From NCBI RefSeq assembly GCF_036588685.1, contig NC_086373.1, positions 101,742,001 through 101,806,000 of the forward strand: a stretch of DNA of 64,000 nucleotides. Reading direction: 5' to 3'. How positions within the stretch are numbered: the stretch's first letter is position 1; every line of letters starts with the position of its first letter. A model generated the notes under the pieces. That model was not told the origin of the DNA. It made no database searches and saw only the letters and a list, made by a program, of their open reading frames with translations. The translations under genes were made by a program, and so were the position numbers. This DNA comes from Mytilus trossulus. Lineage: Eukaryota. Shown here in pieces: positions 45,901 to 60,499 of this stretch.

Positions 45901-48900
45901 AAACACTACTGCCTAGTATATATGACGAGTTTATAATCATTGCATGCTATCAACTTGTTTATGTTTTTAATATTAATATTGCCGGCCAAACAATTATGCC
46001 ATCTATCAGCAGACTATAATTATCTTCTGTGGTTGAATAACCCAAACCGACGGATTCCTTCACCGAATTATAAGTCTTAATAACGACATTAATCAAACAC
46101 AAGTCAATCATGTCAATGTGTAACTAGAAATTGTAAAAATTAAATATAGTGCCTTAAATAAGTAAGGCAATTAATGAAATATTCCTCACTAAATTTCAGG
46201 ATACATAACTTAGTGGCAATGCAATAACTAATGCCTATAATTTACGCTTTATACATTATTTAAACTTACTAAAATTGAGGCGGGAGATACTAAACAGACA
46301 TACATATTGCCCATGGTCATAATCGTTTGAGAGACTACTTTTGAAATGGCTAGTTATCAGGGTACTGAATAAACGTCTGAACTGCTTCTTAATTACTCAT
46401 GTATAAACTGAACATAGATATTATTGATGATAGTATGATTATTTTGCAGCTAGCTGATAGTGGCTGAAAACGATTCCCGATTAGTGGTTAGCAATTTTCG
46501 TAAAAGTAGCCATTTTGATCTATATCATTATAAGCTTGGATGAAATGTTCAGTCCATGTTGTAAAACACGTCAGTACAGCCAACGATTGGTTGCCAGAAT
46601 CAGCAAAGACCTCAAATTGAGTTCACACATATAACATTTTACACTCTGTAAAGAGGAATTTATTCAGGAGTGCTGTATAAACCAAGGATTAGGCAGTAAA
46701 GTCCTTCGTCAGACCACCATTAGAATTTGCTTGCTTTGTATTGTTTGCCTAGAAACAAGACATACACACCATTGGAATGACAAATGGCATGTATCTAGAA
46801 TCGCAAAACTTAAATGACAAGAGAAAGAACTCACGATCAAAAATGCTCTGTAGTAACTCATCAACAATACCAAGCTAATAATTTAGAAATGCACCAAAAT
46901 GTAAAATCTGTTCCTGTTCCACATGTTGTATTGCTCATTTAAAATCTATTAAGTAATGTTTTCTAGTGAATAGCTATTTCGCAATAGCAGAATGGTAATT
47001 GACTATGAGTAATAGTAGACTCATAGACATCACCTATTTTGCTATCATAGAAATTGTTAAAATAAACCCTGCAACTTGACCCATTTGGAAATTCGAAATT
47101 GAAACACATGTTTCTCGGGAAAAGGGATGAAATACAAAGCAATTTCAGGAATAAACAACAAAGACATTGATAAAAAGCACAAAATACAGCACTCAGAACT
47201 TTTTTTCATATTTCGGTGATGTTTTAACCAAGAGAATACGATAATGAAGCACATATTAAATAACGTTAAACCATCTCATCACGGTGCCCTTGAAACACAG
47301 GTATTCGTGATGACATAGAATTAATATAATTAACATTTAATGAGTTCTAATTCAACTAGAGGCAACAACAGTTTACTGGTGTTAAAATTATCTTGTTCAA
47401 GATACAAATCAAAGTAACATACAAAACCGGATCATTTTCTGAGGGAATCACATCAACACCAAAAAGAGCGAGATCGGTTGTGTCGATTAATTGATTTCAA
47501 ATCTACAATTGTATTGAAAAGGCTAGTTTTCTCTTTTGCTTCATCCTCATGAATAGGTCGATGTGGGTATTTGTTAATAATCATTGTTGATTTTGAATAT
47601 CAATTGTAAAACTTGATATCTTGATTGAATTCTCGTTGATGTCATATCACATATATGTATCACTCATACTTAAAGAACATATTTTTATTCAATTATGATT
47701 TTATAGAAGATATAACAATACCAAAAACTTTGCTTCAAGCAAATCTGATCTAAATTCGTATTATACTTGTATCTCTAAATGTAATCTGGCGACGAAGTTA
47801 GTCTACTTCTTTTATTATATCTGCTCTTATTATGACTAACAGGTTTCATTTGTTTATTCTTACACAATTTTTATGCTATAAGAAGTATTTGTATCATGTA
47901 GTACTCACATTAAACACAAATATTGGACAATTAACCCGATACTTTATGAATTATTTGCGTTTGAAGTGCTTTTCTGGATTAACCTTGATCAGGAACATAC
48001 TAAGCTAAGGATGTGTAATTAATTGAAAACGTTAATATGTTGTTATTCAATTCTACAATACCAAACACAAGTGCACTAGTCAGGATGATGCTTTATATTT
48101 TTCAAATAATCTGAAGGAATATTAAAATTTTGGTCGTTTGTTCCTCTAAATAAAAAAAATTAGCATGTCGTGTTACATACCCCTTGTTTATTACGTTAAA
48201 TCAAATCACAACGTTGTGGCGAAGTTTTTGAAAATACTACCTAGAATGCTGTAGATTCTGTTACTGAGAATTGTGAAATTATCAGTCTGCACCGATTGGT
48301 CTCATTCAGAATATTTAAATGTGTGTATCAGTCTGCATCCGATTTCGGAAGAATGACTAAAACCGGAAATCGATACATCATTTTTCTTTTTGATGTTTTT
48401 ATTCAGTCGATAACATCGTACCAAGACATAACGTAGTTTTTGGATATTCATAATAATACATGCAACGTTTGAACAATTCCATTGTAAGTTGTATTTCGAT
48501 GTACTGTCTGACATTGGAGAGACATCATGCTAGATTAACCAACTATAATAGGCACTTATATATAAATATAATTACCAGGAACTGTGAAGTATCGTATCAC
48601 ATAAGAGTTAGTGGTACAACTATATGTAATCATTCTAAGACAATATGCAAGAAAACTTTTACGTAATAGTTATTGTGTGACTTTATCATACGTGGTTGAC
48701 TCTATAATACACGCAAAATTAAAGACCATTAGACCTAAAGAAAATTTAATTTCAAAATGAAATCGATACAAATGAAAATGTTGATAGAACTATACGTACT
48801 GTTAGCAATGCTTAGTAAATGAACCCACCGCCATTGTAAAGTCCATGTTATATAACTAGAGGTCGTCAAGTTATTGTAGATAACCCAACCAAAAACAACT

Positions 48901-50851
48901 GAGGGATCATGATTTTGTTTCCGTATCAGTCGTTGTGAAAGTTTACAAGCATTTGTTGTATGTTTTACATAGAATAATTGCGGTGTTTATGTAATGCATA
49001 TTTCCAATGTTCTCTGATGCCATTTATAGCAGTTTTTCCTACATATGAAGAAAACTTGGGATTGCAATGATTGCAATAATAAAAGAAGTTCCCTAAATTT
49101 TCTCTCTTTATTATATAAATTCAATATTGTTGCTAACTCGACTGTTAATAATTAATATAATAAAAGGCTATAGCTCTGATTATCTTTTCATAAGTTTTGG
49201 GGATCATTTTTCTGTTATTTAAGTCAAACATTAACATTTCAACCAATTTCAAAATAACGTTTTTCATCTATCATCCAGAGGTCACAATATTTTTTCTCAC
49301 AAAAAAACAAGTACCATTACTTGGGAATAGTAAACTGAAATCAACAAAAATTAAGCCTCGTTCATGATTGATAAGTAATCCAATACATTTCATTAAATGT
49401 ACCAATCAACTTCATACAAGGTGTTTCCATCTGTTCATCCGAATTCACATAATGTTTTCGAAAACAAATAGTACCATGATTCTCAAACGGAAAAAGTGAA
49501 ATCGACAAAACAATAAACCATTTTTAATTTTGATTAGTGTTCAAGCACATTCCATTTAAATTTCAATCAATTTGAAAATAAGTTCCGAATTTTTTGTCTA
49601 GAAAACAAACATAAGGAGGATGGACCGCTAGATAGGCGTCCTACATACCCCAATTTTGTCGAGCGTGATTATAAAAATGAAACTAACATTTTACAACTTT
49701 GTTACGTTCGAAATTCTTTTTCTAGATTTACATTATAGATGATCGCGTAAACACAATAATTTGAAAACGCAAAGGATTAAGTGCACACTTATAACAACCA
49801 GTTTAGGCAACCTTCACATGTTGGACGACTATTTGGTATTTCAGTCTCATAGATGCCCACGGATTCCTCGATTAAGAAACCGCCAATTGAAACTTATCAT
49901 CGAACATGATAGTACCCTTAACAACTTGACGTCTGCCACATGTGGAGCAGGATCTACTTCACCTGCCAGAACACAAAAGACCACCAAGGTATTTTGGTAG
50001 GAATCGGGTTGCTCAGTTCTATTTAATGTTCTTATAGCGTTTTAATGGCATGCGATACAGCTAAAGGGAAGGTAATGACGTCGCTAACGTAACATGTTTC
50101 TTTTCACATTGTCAACCTGTGCTAAAGTAGGAAAAACGTGCATTATTTTTACTGATTTGAATCAATATTTTGAAAACGTGTGCATGACTTCGTCTTTAAA
50201 TGATATTTGCCTTGCTTGTTCATATTATATGAACTATTGGGTTAAGGAATTAAACCCAAATAATTTTATCTTAATGAGATGATTAAGTAGCATATATTTA
50301 ATTTTTTCGAAGAGTTATAACACAAATTTTAAAGCAAACACACAGCCTCTTGCTTTTGTTAGTCTTGTATTTTTTTAAATTTTAGTTTCTTGTGTACAAT
50401 TTGGAAATTAGTATGGCTGAATTAGTATATATTTTTTAAAGGGGCCAGCTAAAGGACGCCTCCGGATGCAGGAATTTCTCGCTACATTGAAAACCTGTTG
50501 GTGACCTTCTGCTGTTCTTTGTTATATGGTCGGGTTGTTGTCTCTTTGACACATTCCCCATTTCCATTCTCAATTTTACAGGTAAAGAAGATATGCAATC
50601 TAACATAAATATCTTATTTGCATACATCATATAAATCTTAGTTACAAATCGTATAATATTGACACTGTACTTTAAGGAGGAGATTGAAACACTATATTTA
50701 ACACAACGGAAACGAGTTTGATTTGAATAAACTCTTATTTAATTATTCAGAAACATTAGAAAGTCTGAATTAGTTGGAATAAGTTGACTGTTTCTCTGGT
50801 ATCTTTCGTCTTTCTTTTGAAATAGACACCGTGTTTATTCCGATCTGTACC

Positions 50852-50852
<1 letters not shown>

Positions 50853-50902
<50 letters not shown>
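50853..50902. repeat. Poly(T) run, 50 nt
   Basis: Direct count; lies near a family A tail fragment. Confidence 0.95.
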
Positions 50903-50905
<3 letters not shown>

Positions 50906-53900
50906 GTAGATGAAATATTTGCTTACTAGATAATTTGCAGAGAAGAAAGAAAGAAAATTTCTTTCTATAAATATAGGGAGATATATACTGATTGCCAATG
51001 CAAATTTGCCGACTTTTCAAGAAAGAAACTATCGATAACCACTGATTTTTCAGGTTCCCGACCCAGCCGGACAGACACATGAGGAATATTGTATTGTTTT
51101 TATACTCCACATCCTCCCTCTAACCGAAGACTTAAATTTAATTCCAGTAAGTCGAAACAGTTCGCATTACATTGCAATGCAGGGATCTGTTAACTTATCC
51201 AGGACAACAGTTGCCTTCATCCCTAGTTGATGAAACATATCGATTATATTAGTGACAACATCTTTGCTAATTAAATATAATACTATTGCTTCAATGTTTC
51301 ATTGACATATATATTGGTAACATATTGCTTGCAGTCTCTTTGTACTACAAGCACATGTGTTATAGACTTTAAATGTTAACCATGCCTCATGGCTAGGTGT
51401 AGGAATATTTATTTCTTCAAACGTCAATAAAGAAACATGCTTCTTTCATAAAAAGAAAGAACTTGCTTATAATTAAATAATGGGGAGCCGACAAAGTATA
51501 TGTTTTATACCTTATAATATTTCTCGGATTCTGCTAGTTATCTCATTTCCGGCGGCTAATTCTTATGGGAAAAAATCACCTGCTTGATTATGTCGAAAAG
51601 AATCTTCACTGATGAAAAAATACAATTAAATATGCCTGACAGGAAAACAGAAAATCTCAAATATAGCTATGATAGTTAAATTACCTGTATATAAAGCAAA
51701 CTATTCTCATTACACGAAATAAAAAAAACACAACACCATTAAAGAGGATTTAAACCTTTAATCGCATTAATATTAGTCTTAGATATGTTGAGGGGTGGTT
51801 GCTCGCACAATCTTTAGTACATACAACACATTGATATTTCCGACCAATATTTAAGTGGCAAATTCAATCTTGGAATCTTCAACTGGACAACAAATCTGGT
51901 TTAAAAAAAATTGCAATCTACAAAGCTAATGATGCTTTAAAATAAAGACAGGGTAAACTATGGCCATGATTGGGTGTAAAAAGTAGCAAAAGGGACCAGA
52001 CCCGAGTATATATTCGTGTTTTCTTTTAACTTTTGATTGAAATTGAATATAAAAGCAACTAAGTTTATCTAAGTATTTTCCATTTTTAAATCTATTTTAA
52101 CCATTTAGCGGCTACAAATATTTCCAAATATTTACACCCCGTGTATCAACTGTATATGTTTGGTTTTTACGGACGTGGGTAAATCCAAAAAAGCTATTCA
52201 TAATGAGAAATTTATAAAATTAAATGTTATTTTCACTTACACACATTGGGTCGATACCTATACCGATGGACTGTAATCGTCTAGAATATCGTCAGTTCAG
52301 TAGTCAGGACTGCTTAGAATAAGAACACATATTTTTTCCAAAGTTTTTAAATGTTAGATTTAGAAATTATATAGAAACTGATGTTCAAAATTACTCGAAA
52401 AAAGTTTACGTTAAATTTGGAAAAGCTTAAAAGGTCCCTTTGGTCCAATAAGTTCTAATGTTTGTACATATTTTTAACTTCCATGTTTTCAAAGCAAAAT
52501 GTCAAAAAGTTAAACAAGAGCAGGTCTGACGAAGATTATTTAAAAAGTCGTTTTTGATGCCCAAAATCTATAAAAGAATAGCTTCTTTTTAGCATAAGGT
52601 GGATGATTTTTGAAAATGAAGTTTCCTCTTACATTGATTTTTTTTTTTAAGTTTCCAGTATGCATGCGAACAAAACTTATCATTGACCCTCGACGAATAA
52701 GAAAAGCTAAATAGGCAAATAATAACGAAGTTGAAGAGCATTTGGGACCATATTTGTATGTAAAAAGCTCTTAAAGTAACAAAACGATCTGAAAACATAG
52801 CTCAACTGATAAGAGTAAAGTTTAAATATTTCTTATTAATTTTCTTTTATGTTATGGTAATTTTCCAGAATTCTTTAAACAAAGGCATTGAACTAGGATA
52901 TGTAAGTAAAGGTAATGATTTGGTCTCTTGTGGAGAATTTTCTCATTTGCAATCATACCACGTCTCCTTCTTTAAATTAAAATTTCATTGTTTATTTGTT
53001 TCCTGCGTGGTAAATATATGTATTTTTAGGAAATTATATTCATTAAAATTGACAAATACTCACCCATTTAAATTTTATATAAAGCGTAATTTACGTTTCG
53101 TTACCATTACTATGGAGATTTGTTATGATTGTCAGTGAAACTACGTATACATCCATCATTGCACAAGGAACAGGAAAGACACACATAATGGACTATGTCT
53201 CAAGGACAACTCAAAGTCAAACCAACCATGTGATGACGAGTTATTTATTTTACGTCTTTGGTCTCTTATACGACCTTGAAATGTCTAACGCGTTGCAATA
53301 CAAAACAACTCTTGAATCAAACAATTAGTTTTACTAGTAATTACATAACATAATTTACTACTAATATCTTAAACATTTTCATTTTCCAGAATGGTTATAC
53401 ATGACAACCATGATATATCAAAACAATAAATGGCATGTATGACAAGATATGTTAAAAATATCAAAATGGCAATGAAAAAATCTCCTCAGTAGCAGATGTT
53501 GTTTTGTTTATGATAAAGGTAACGAGTCTCATTTGGTAACATAACAATCGAGTCGTGAAAGATGTTTTGATTTTAAGATACCACAATAATCGGCTTGTTA
53601 TGTTTTGATCCATTTCGGAACTTCTGGACTATATCTTGATTTGTATCTGGGGATGCATACTGTATAACATGCTTAAAAACGAACCGATCTAGATCCTTTT
53701 TAAGTTGAATGGGTTTCCTCAGTTACTTCTCTTCGAGAATTAAATGCTTCTTTTTTATTTGTTTGTAAAAGCGTTTACCGACACACAGTTTGTATGAAGC
53801 GCAGAACAGTTTCATTCTAAAAAAGTGCGTACGGTCAACGCGTCAACACTAAAAGGTTACTAAACAAAAAGCATTCAATACTTGTAAATACATTTTTCTT

Positions 53901-56183
53901 GCTAGGATCATGAAAAAATAATTCATCAAGTTTTTCTTTTATTAACTTGTGCATTTCATTTTGGAAGCTTGTGTTAAAACGCATATTACATTTTATTTCT
54001 AAAATGAATGTTTAATTCAGATTGAAGAGATATTGCTGTTAGCTAATCGAAATAAAGTATTATATATACCAAAACCAATATACATTTTGTAGGTGGTGTC
54101 AAAGGAAAATCTTTTGTTATGATCCCAATAGATACGTTTTGATGATTTTTCGACCTCGTTTTTTATAATTTATTTATTTCTTATACTTTTTTGAAATACG
54201 TATTCTTATATGACCTATTTCGGACACTTGTATTGTCCCGATTGTATCCATGTTCCTTAAATCTGAAATTATCCTGAGGGAAGCGTTGCATGATGGCACT
54301 TTAACATCTCGTCGCACGTCATACGTGTTTGTTCCTGTATGTTCTTCCTTCGGCAGCAATTTGGAAAAAAAGAAGGCTGCATAATAAAACATGTGCTTGT
54401 AGTAGCGGCCTCATATCAATTGCAAAATTCCAATGAGTTTCATGTCAGATCAGCACATATGTACTGTACAAAACTATTTTCCACATACATGTATTTCTAA
54501 ATTTTACAAAACATGATATCACAAGACTGAATACAATTAAACAAAAAAAGATTTTTCATTGTACCATAAAGTCACTTATGCTGCACATAAGTATATATAC
54601 AACACTATACACTATAATGTAACATACATTGGTTTTAAAATTCAAAACGATTTGTGTACATCGATAAACTACTGTTTCGTGTTAGCGTGAGCATCATTTT
54701 TATAATATTTGCTTTATTTTGATAATACGATTTGAATTAAGACTATATTTGTTCTACAGGCCTGGAAATAAATATTTGAAAAAATTAACATAGATTTTGT
54801 TTACCTGTAGAGATACGTTTTACATACCCGAAAGTATGAACTGGGAAGACTGCTTGCTAACTTAAAATATATATATAGTTCTTGGATTAGTTCTTTCATA
54901 TGATTTGTTCTTTGAACTGTTCATACGGCCATTCTACTTGGTGACACTGAACACTTAAACTAACATGTTTTCAAAACAATTCCGAATACGGAAATACTTG
55001 TATGGTTTTGGGAGATTACACGATTGGTATTGTGTAAACATATTCTGATGCAAACTTACGTAATTTATATTTAACCATCGTCTATATTTGCTATTTTTTT
55101 AATCAAACTGTTGTTTTGTGTTCTTGGTTATTTTAAGAGATCGGTGTTAAATGTGTATTGACCATACAAGGTTTTATTTCAAGTTAAAAGGACAAATAAC
55201 AAATCTTTTCAAAGATATAAACTTCAAAAGTAGTTGTTTTAAAGTTTTTTTGGTTATTTCTTGAATTGTAATTCATTTTTATAGTAGAGCAAGGCATATG
55301 GCAAAAAACCGGCTGAATCCCACAATTCAATTCATACGAAAAATATGAAGATTAAAACTTGTGTACATTAAGCATATTGGACAATGTAAATAGTGATTTT
55401 TAACATAATGATTTGGTTTACCAGGCAAGCACGTCATCAAAATGATGTAATACTTATGTGAAAATTTCCATTTTCGGATGAGATGGAATATGTTTTTGAT
55501 AGAACTTTGACATTTCTCAAAATTGGAAAGATACGGAAAATTGGTTAATATCCTTGAGATGATGCAATACTTTGTATGTGTTTTCATAACAATGATTGAT
55601 CTGGACAGTTCCTGGAGAATATACAACTAAAGTGCTGTACCCATATTTGTGACACTTTTATCTTTAATGACTGTTTGCTTTGTTCACACATCGTTGTCAT
55701 TGTAATGGAATTTTACACGACTGTCATTCAAGTGGAAGTTTAGCTAGCTATAAAATCAGGTTAAACCACCGTTTCCTACATAACAAATGTCTTTACCAAG
55801 TCAGGTACGACAGTCGTTGTCGCTTATAAAATGCCCTGACATAAAAAAAATATGAAACAGTTCAAACGAGAAAACTAATGGCCTTAATTTATAACAAAAC
55901 AAAACTAGTTTATAACTATTTATACCTAAACAGTAAACGGAAAAGAAATATAGCAGACATAAAGTAACGATAGCCCTTGAACTATAGGCTCCTTACCATG
56001 TACATAAAGGCAAAAGTAGTATACCGCTGTTCGACATAGATATAAATAGTGTGGCGTGGTTACAAATATTCTCGAGAGGTCAACCTTGCCCTTACCTGGG
56101 ACAATGGTGTAACAATACAACTTAAGAACAAACTGTTAACATCAGTATCAATTTTCTATTCTCAAAATGTCGGTACTATGCAC

Positions 56184-57379
56184 CAGAGATGGGTCCGATT
56201 ACTTTCAATGTAATTGATTAAATTACAATTACTTTGTCATGTGTACGATTAAATTAAATTAATGATTACATAATTTCTGAAAGTGGCTGATTAAATTAAT
56301 GATTACATTGGCAAAGTAATCATGATTACATCTGATTACAATGTATTTCCATACCTGCCAACTTTTCAATAACTATAGCACTTTTAAGCAAGGATTCGGT
56401 TTGATATATAATAAAATGATAACAGTTTACTACATACATACATGAACATTGTGTCACTGGTTATGACCCTTTACACTTTCTCATTATTGATCTCTGAATT
56501 ATTTTGACTTCAATTGACTATACTATTATAAAACGTTTGCTGCTTGTCTTCTTACCTCTTCAAAAATTTACATGTGTTTCAATGTGCAGTTTCTAGGAGT
56601 TAGAATATGGATGAAATAAAGTTACCAGTTCAAAATTATGTAAAATTTTAATAGAATTGTGATTCACATTTACAAAGTACAAGTACTAAAAATCATTGCA
56701 TTTTACATGCCCAGTCCAAAGACCTACAGAAAAATGTTTATTTTAAACAAATATGTGTCCATCTTTTGATTTATTTTGTGCTAATTAGATAGATTTTCAC
56801 ATGTCTGATTATATCATATATTGTCCTCCAGCTATACTCAATTGTTAATTGCAATAAAAACAAAACTTAATTGGTGTCCTACCTGTCAATTCAAAGTTGA
56901 CAGAAATCACACTATTAACAAAAGATTATAATTCAGGGTTAGAGAAAAGCATTGCTAGAAAATAGCAGTTATTATCAAATATATACATGATATATATACA
57001 TCTTTAAATTGTTAATATATGTACAATATCTTTTACTAGGGGAGTCTTTTCAATACTGTAACAAATTATTTTTTTTACAGAAGTAAACAAATCAATTAAC
57101 ATGCTTTATAAATGAAACTATCTTAATAGTAAAATATGTTAAATAATTATTAAATAGGAATATCAAAAATGTTCATTTATTGACCTTAAACACAGTTTAA
57201 GAATTTTGTCATTGTAATCAGAATGTAATCATAAAGTAATCAGGATTACAGTTTTTTTTTAAAAGTAATTAATTAAATTAAATTACATCTAATCAGATTT
57301 TTGGCTGATTAATGATTACACTGATTACTTGGGAAATTGCAGCTGATTAACGATTACAATTACAATTACCCCAAGTCTG
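56184..57379. mobile_element. Non-autonomous hAT DNA transposon
   Basis: Ends CAGAGATGGG / CCCAAGTCTG; perfect 8-bp TSD CTATGCAC; dense subterminal GATTAC/GTAATC motifs. Confidence 0.88.
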
Positions 57380-59099
57380 CTATGCACAAAAATAACTAAC
57401 ATAAAACAACAGAAATGCACAAAGCACCGACATATGAGAACTCGCATGTACTGAAACCTATTACAAATTATAAATAAATCATGAAATCCCATACAAAAGT
57501 ACCAATCAGTAAAAATTCACCGTATTTAGTGTAAAGAAATAAATGACCTTGTGTAATGCCATAATATAAATAAACCGTATCGATACGAAGTATGATAATG
57601 ACGATTGATATATATGACTGTACAAATATAGCATTATGCCTTAAGTTAATTTTTATTTTTTGTATAAATTTAATCAATTTTAGCTCTTATAAAAACTATA
57701 TTTAGAGATTCGACTACTGTGTCTATACCGAGGATTGCAATGAGCTCTGTTTTTCTCTAGTTTTCGAAGCAGTTGACTAACTGTCTGTTTTCCTTTAACC
57801 AAGGTGTTATTTTTTTTATTCAATTTATGCGTTTGATTCTCCCTGAAAAATGTCCTTACAAAAAATTAAAGACGTAAACTAAAAATCCTAAAAAAAGAGA
57901 GGGATCTATGTAGGAGCAATCTATAATCATCATATCAAAATAGCGGGAGTGATCCTGTTTGCATAATGCCATAAATCAACTTCTAAAATGTCAACATACG
58001 TCAAATGTAAGAACTATCGTAACTGCTGCATCGTTTCTTTTTTCACTCGGCTTATTTCGAGTTTTGTTTAAATAAAATTTGACAGAACAAGGGTTTGTAT
58101 CTTTTAAATCAACAGGTGCCTCTTCTATTAACGACAGAGCAACGTGTTAGGCTGCAGGTGCGTACAATCAATGTAATGACTTCCGGCACAGACGGCATCT
58201 AAGGTCAACATGTTGAAGAGTAAAGATGGCAACGGTTTTCATATGCTGTCTTAATTGAGAATAATTAATTAGTTTCTCATGTCTAATTAGTATTTAATTG
58301 CATAGGGAAACATGTTGTTTTTCTCCTTTTCTGTGAGAACAATTTTAGTAACAAATAGTCAGTGTTAGTTTCTCATTGACTTGTTTATTTCCACACATCG
58401 TTTTAATTCGTTAATATGATAAATGTACATACATTTGTACTTAAAAAGTTGAACTATTTTTTTTTTTATTGCAGTTTTCAATCTCAGAAGTCAGTATGAA
58501 TGGAAAATATAAGAGAAAAAGCAAAGGTGTTTCACACTGAACTTCATTTTTTGCGGTACTACTTAAAATGAAATGGGATTGACTTATGTTCAGTGGTTGT
58601 CTTTTGTTGGTGTGGTTCTTAAGTGTTCCTTGTTTATCGTTTTTAAAATTGATTAGACCGTTGGTTTTTCTGTTTCAATTGTTTTCGGGTTCTGTAGAGC
58701 TTGCTATTTGTATAAATCCAAGTCTCCGTGTTGAAGGTCGTTGTTTGACCTATTACTGTTAACCTTTTTACAAATTGTGACTTGGATTGAGAGTTTTGTC
58801 ATTGTCACTGATATCACAACTTGTTATTTATATTTGCAAAATTAATAAAAATGTATAGGCCAATATAGTTTTATTTGAAAGCAACTGCAGGTTCTGTCAA
58901 AAACACGACAATTATATTTTTTTGGTAAAAAAATAGTTTTACCCTTTATCGTAGATATAAAAATAGTAGGAAGATTTAGGAACTCAATACCTTCAAATTT
59001 TATAGATTATTTTGACAACATAAGAAAAAATGAAAAAAGTATATGCAGATTTGCATGACATTTGTGTTACCTATCAGAATTGATAGTTGTCTCATTTGT

Positions 59100-59630
59100 A
59101 AAAAAAACAGTTATCACAGGTAACATGTGTGTAATTTGTTACGCCAGACGCGCGTTTCGTCATCATAAGACTCAACAGTGACGCGCGGATAAAAAAGTAA
59201 GATATCCAAACAAGAGCAATGAAGGTCCAAAATTTCAAAAAAATTATGCCAATTACAGCTACGGTAATATATGCCTGGGATAAGAAAGTCCTTTGTATTT
59301 CGAATAATTTTCACTTTAACAAACAGTAAATTTATAAAAATGACCATATAGTTGATATTGATGCCAACGCCGAAGTGCTGACTACTGAGTTGGTGATAAC
59401 CTCGGGGACGAAACGTCCATTAGCAGTGGCAACTAACAGTGGAGTAAATAGTTATCAAAGGTACCAGGCTAATAATTTGATGCGCCAGACAGGGGTTTCG
59501 TCTACAATAGGCTCATCAGTGATGCTTAGATAACAAAGTTAGAAATCCAAACAAGTATAAAGATGAAGAGCATTGAAGATCCAAAATTCTAAAAGAAATT
59601 GTGCCAAGTAATAAATGCCTGGGATCAACC
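59100..59630 (-). mobile_element. Non-LTR retrozyme: two tandem minimal hammerheads 341 nt apart
   Basis: Hammerheads at 59141-59184 (core CTGTTGA, A6 mutated) and 59482-59525 (CTGATGA..GAAAC..GTC); flanking sequence repeats with the same period. Confidence 0.82.
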
Positions 59631-60499
59631 TTTTCTCCTTTTTTTGAATGTTTTAGTTTTCTGTTTCAATACTTCTTTCAGTTTTAGTTCCATATACAAG
59701 TAAGATATATTTCAATAAGTCAAAAAGTGTTCCTATAAATTAACTATTAACCAGAGGAGTTGATGTTCGTTCTGTAAACAGATTCTAAGAGAGACATTCT
59801 TCAATGCCTGAACTTTTATATGAAAAATAAATTCCATATTTAGATAAATAATAATGAATCCCGTTCTTTACAGCTTTAAAAAGAAAAACACATTTATCCT
59901 GAAATTTATGGCGATTGTTGCATAACGACGTTAACAATCAATCTTTTGAGTAAACCGAAAGTATTATTTATAAAACTGATGTTTAAAACTCAAATGAGGA
60001 ACTGCCATTTTTTCAGGAATTCGTTTACTCATAGAGACATCTTCGATTAGTCGATGAAATCTGGTATCATCTGAGTCGCAAAGAGTCTGAAAAAAACCCA
60101 GAAAAATGTATTATAAATTTTCATGTTTGATATACAATTGTTTAAAGGTCATCTGAAACCAACATGATAAATGTGTATATGAACGAAATAACATGGCTTT
60201 CTTTTTAGAAGAGTTTTGGCCTTGGATTGGAACATATTTATTTTATTAATTTTTGAAAAATGCTAAAAATTTGCAATTATCTATCGAAATAGAAAAAAGG
60301 AAAATAGCAAAAAATCCGAATTACGAGGAAAATTCAAAATGAAAGTCCATAATAAAATGGCAAAATCAAAAGGTAAAACACATAAAACAAATGAATAAAA
60401 GCGCTTTATTTTTGATATAGAATAAATCGTTTTCTTTCACTTGTATGACAGTTGCATTAAATTCCATAAGGTGTGAACAAAACATACAAACATAGTACT

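Noticed and set aside
50756-50998. Poly-Lys ORF
   Set aside because: Artefact of the 50-nt poly(T) run.
54174-54392. 72-aa ORF in a slightly GC-richer patch as a host exon
   Set aside because: No recognisable domain and no convincing partner exons; small exons of a large gene in the 44-64 kb region cannot be excluded without RNA-seq.
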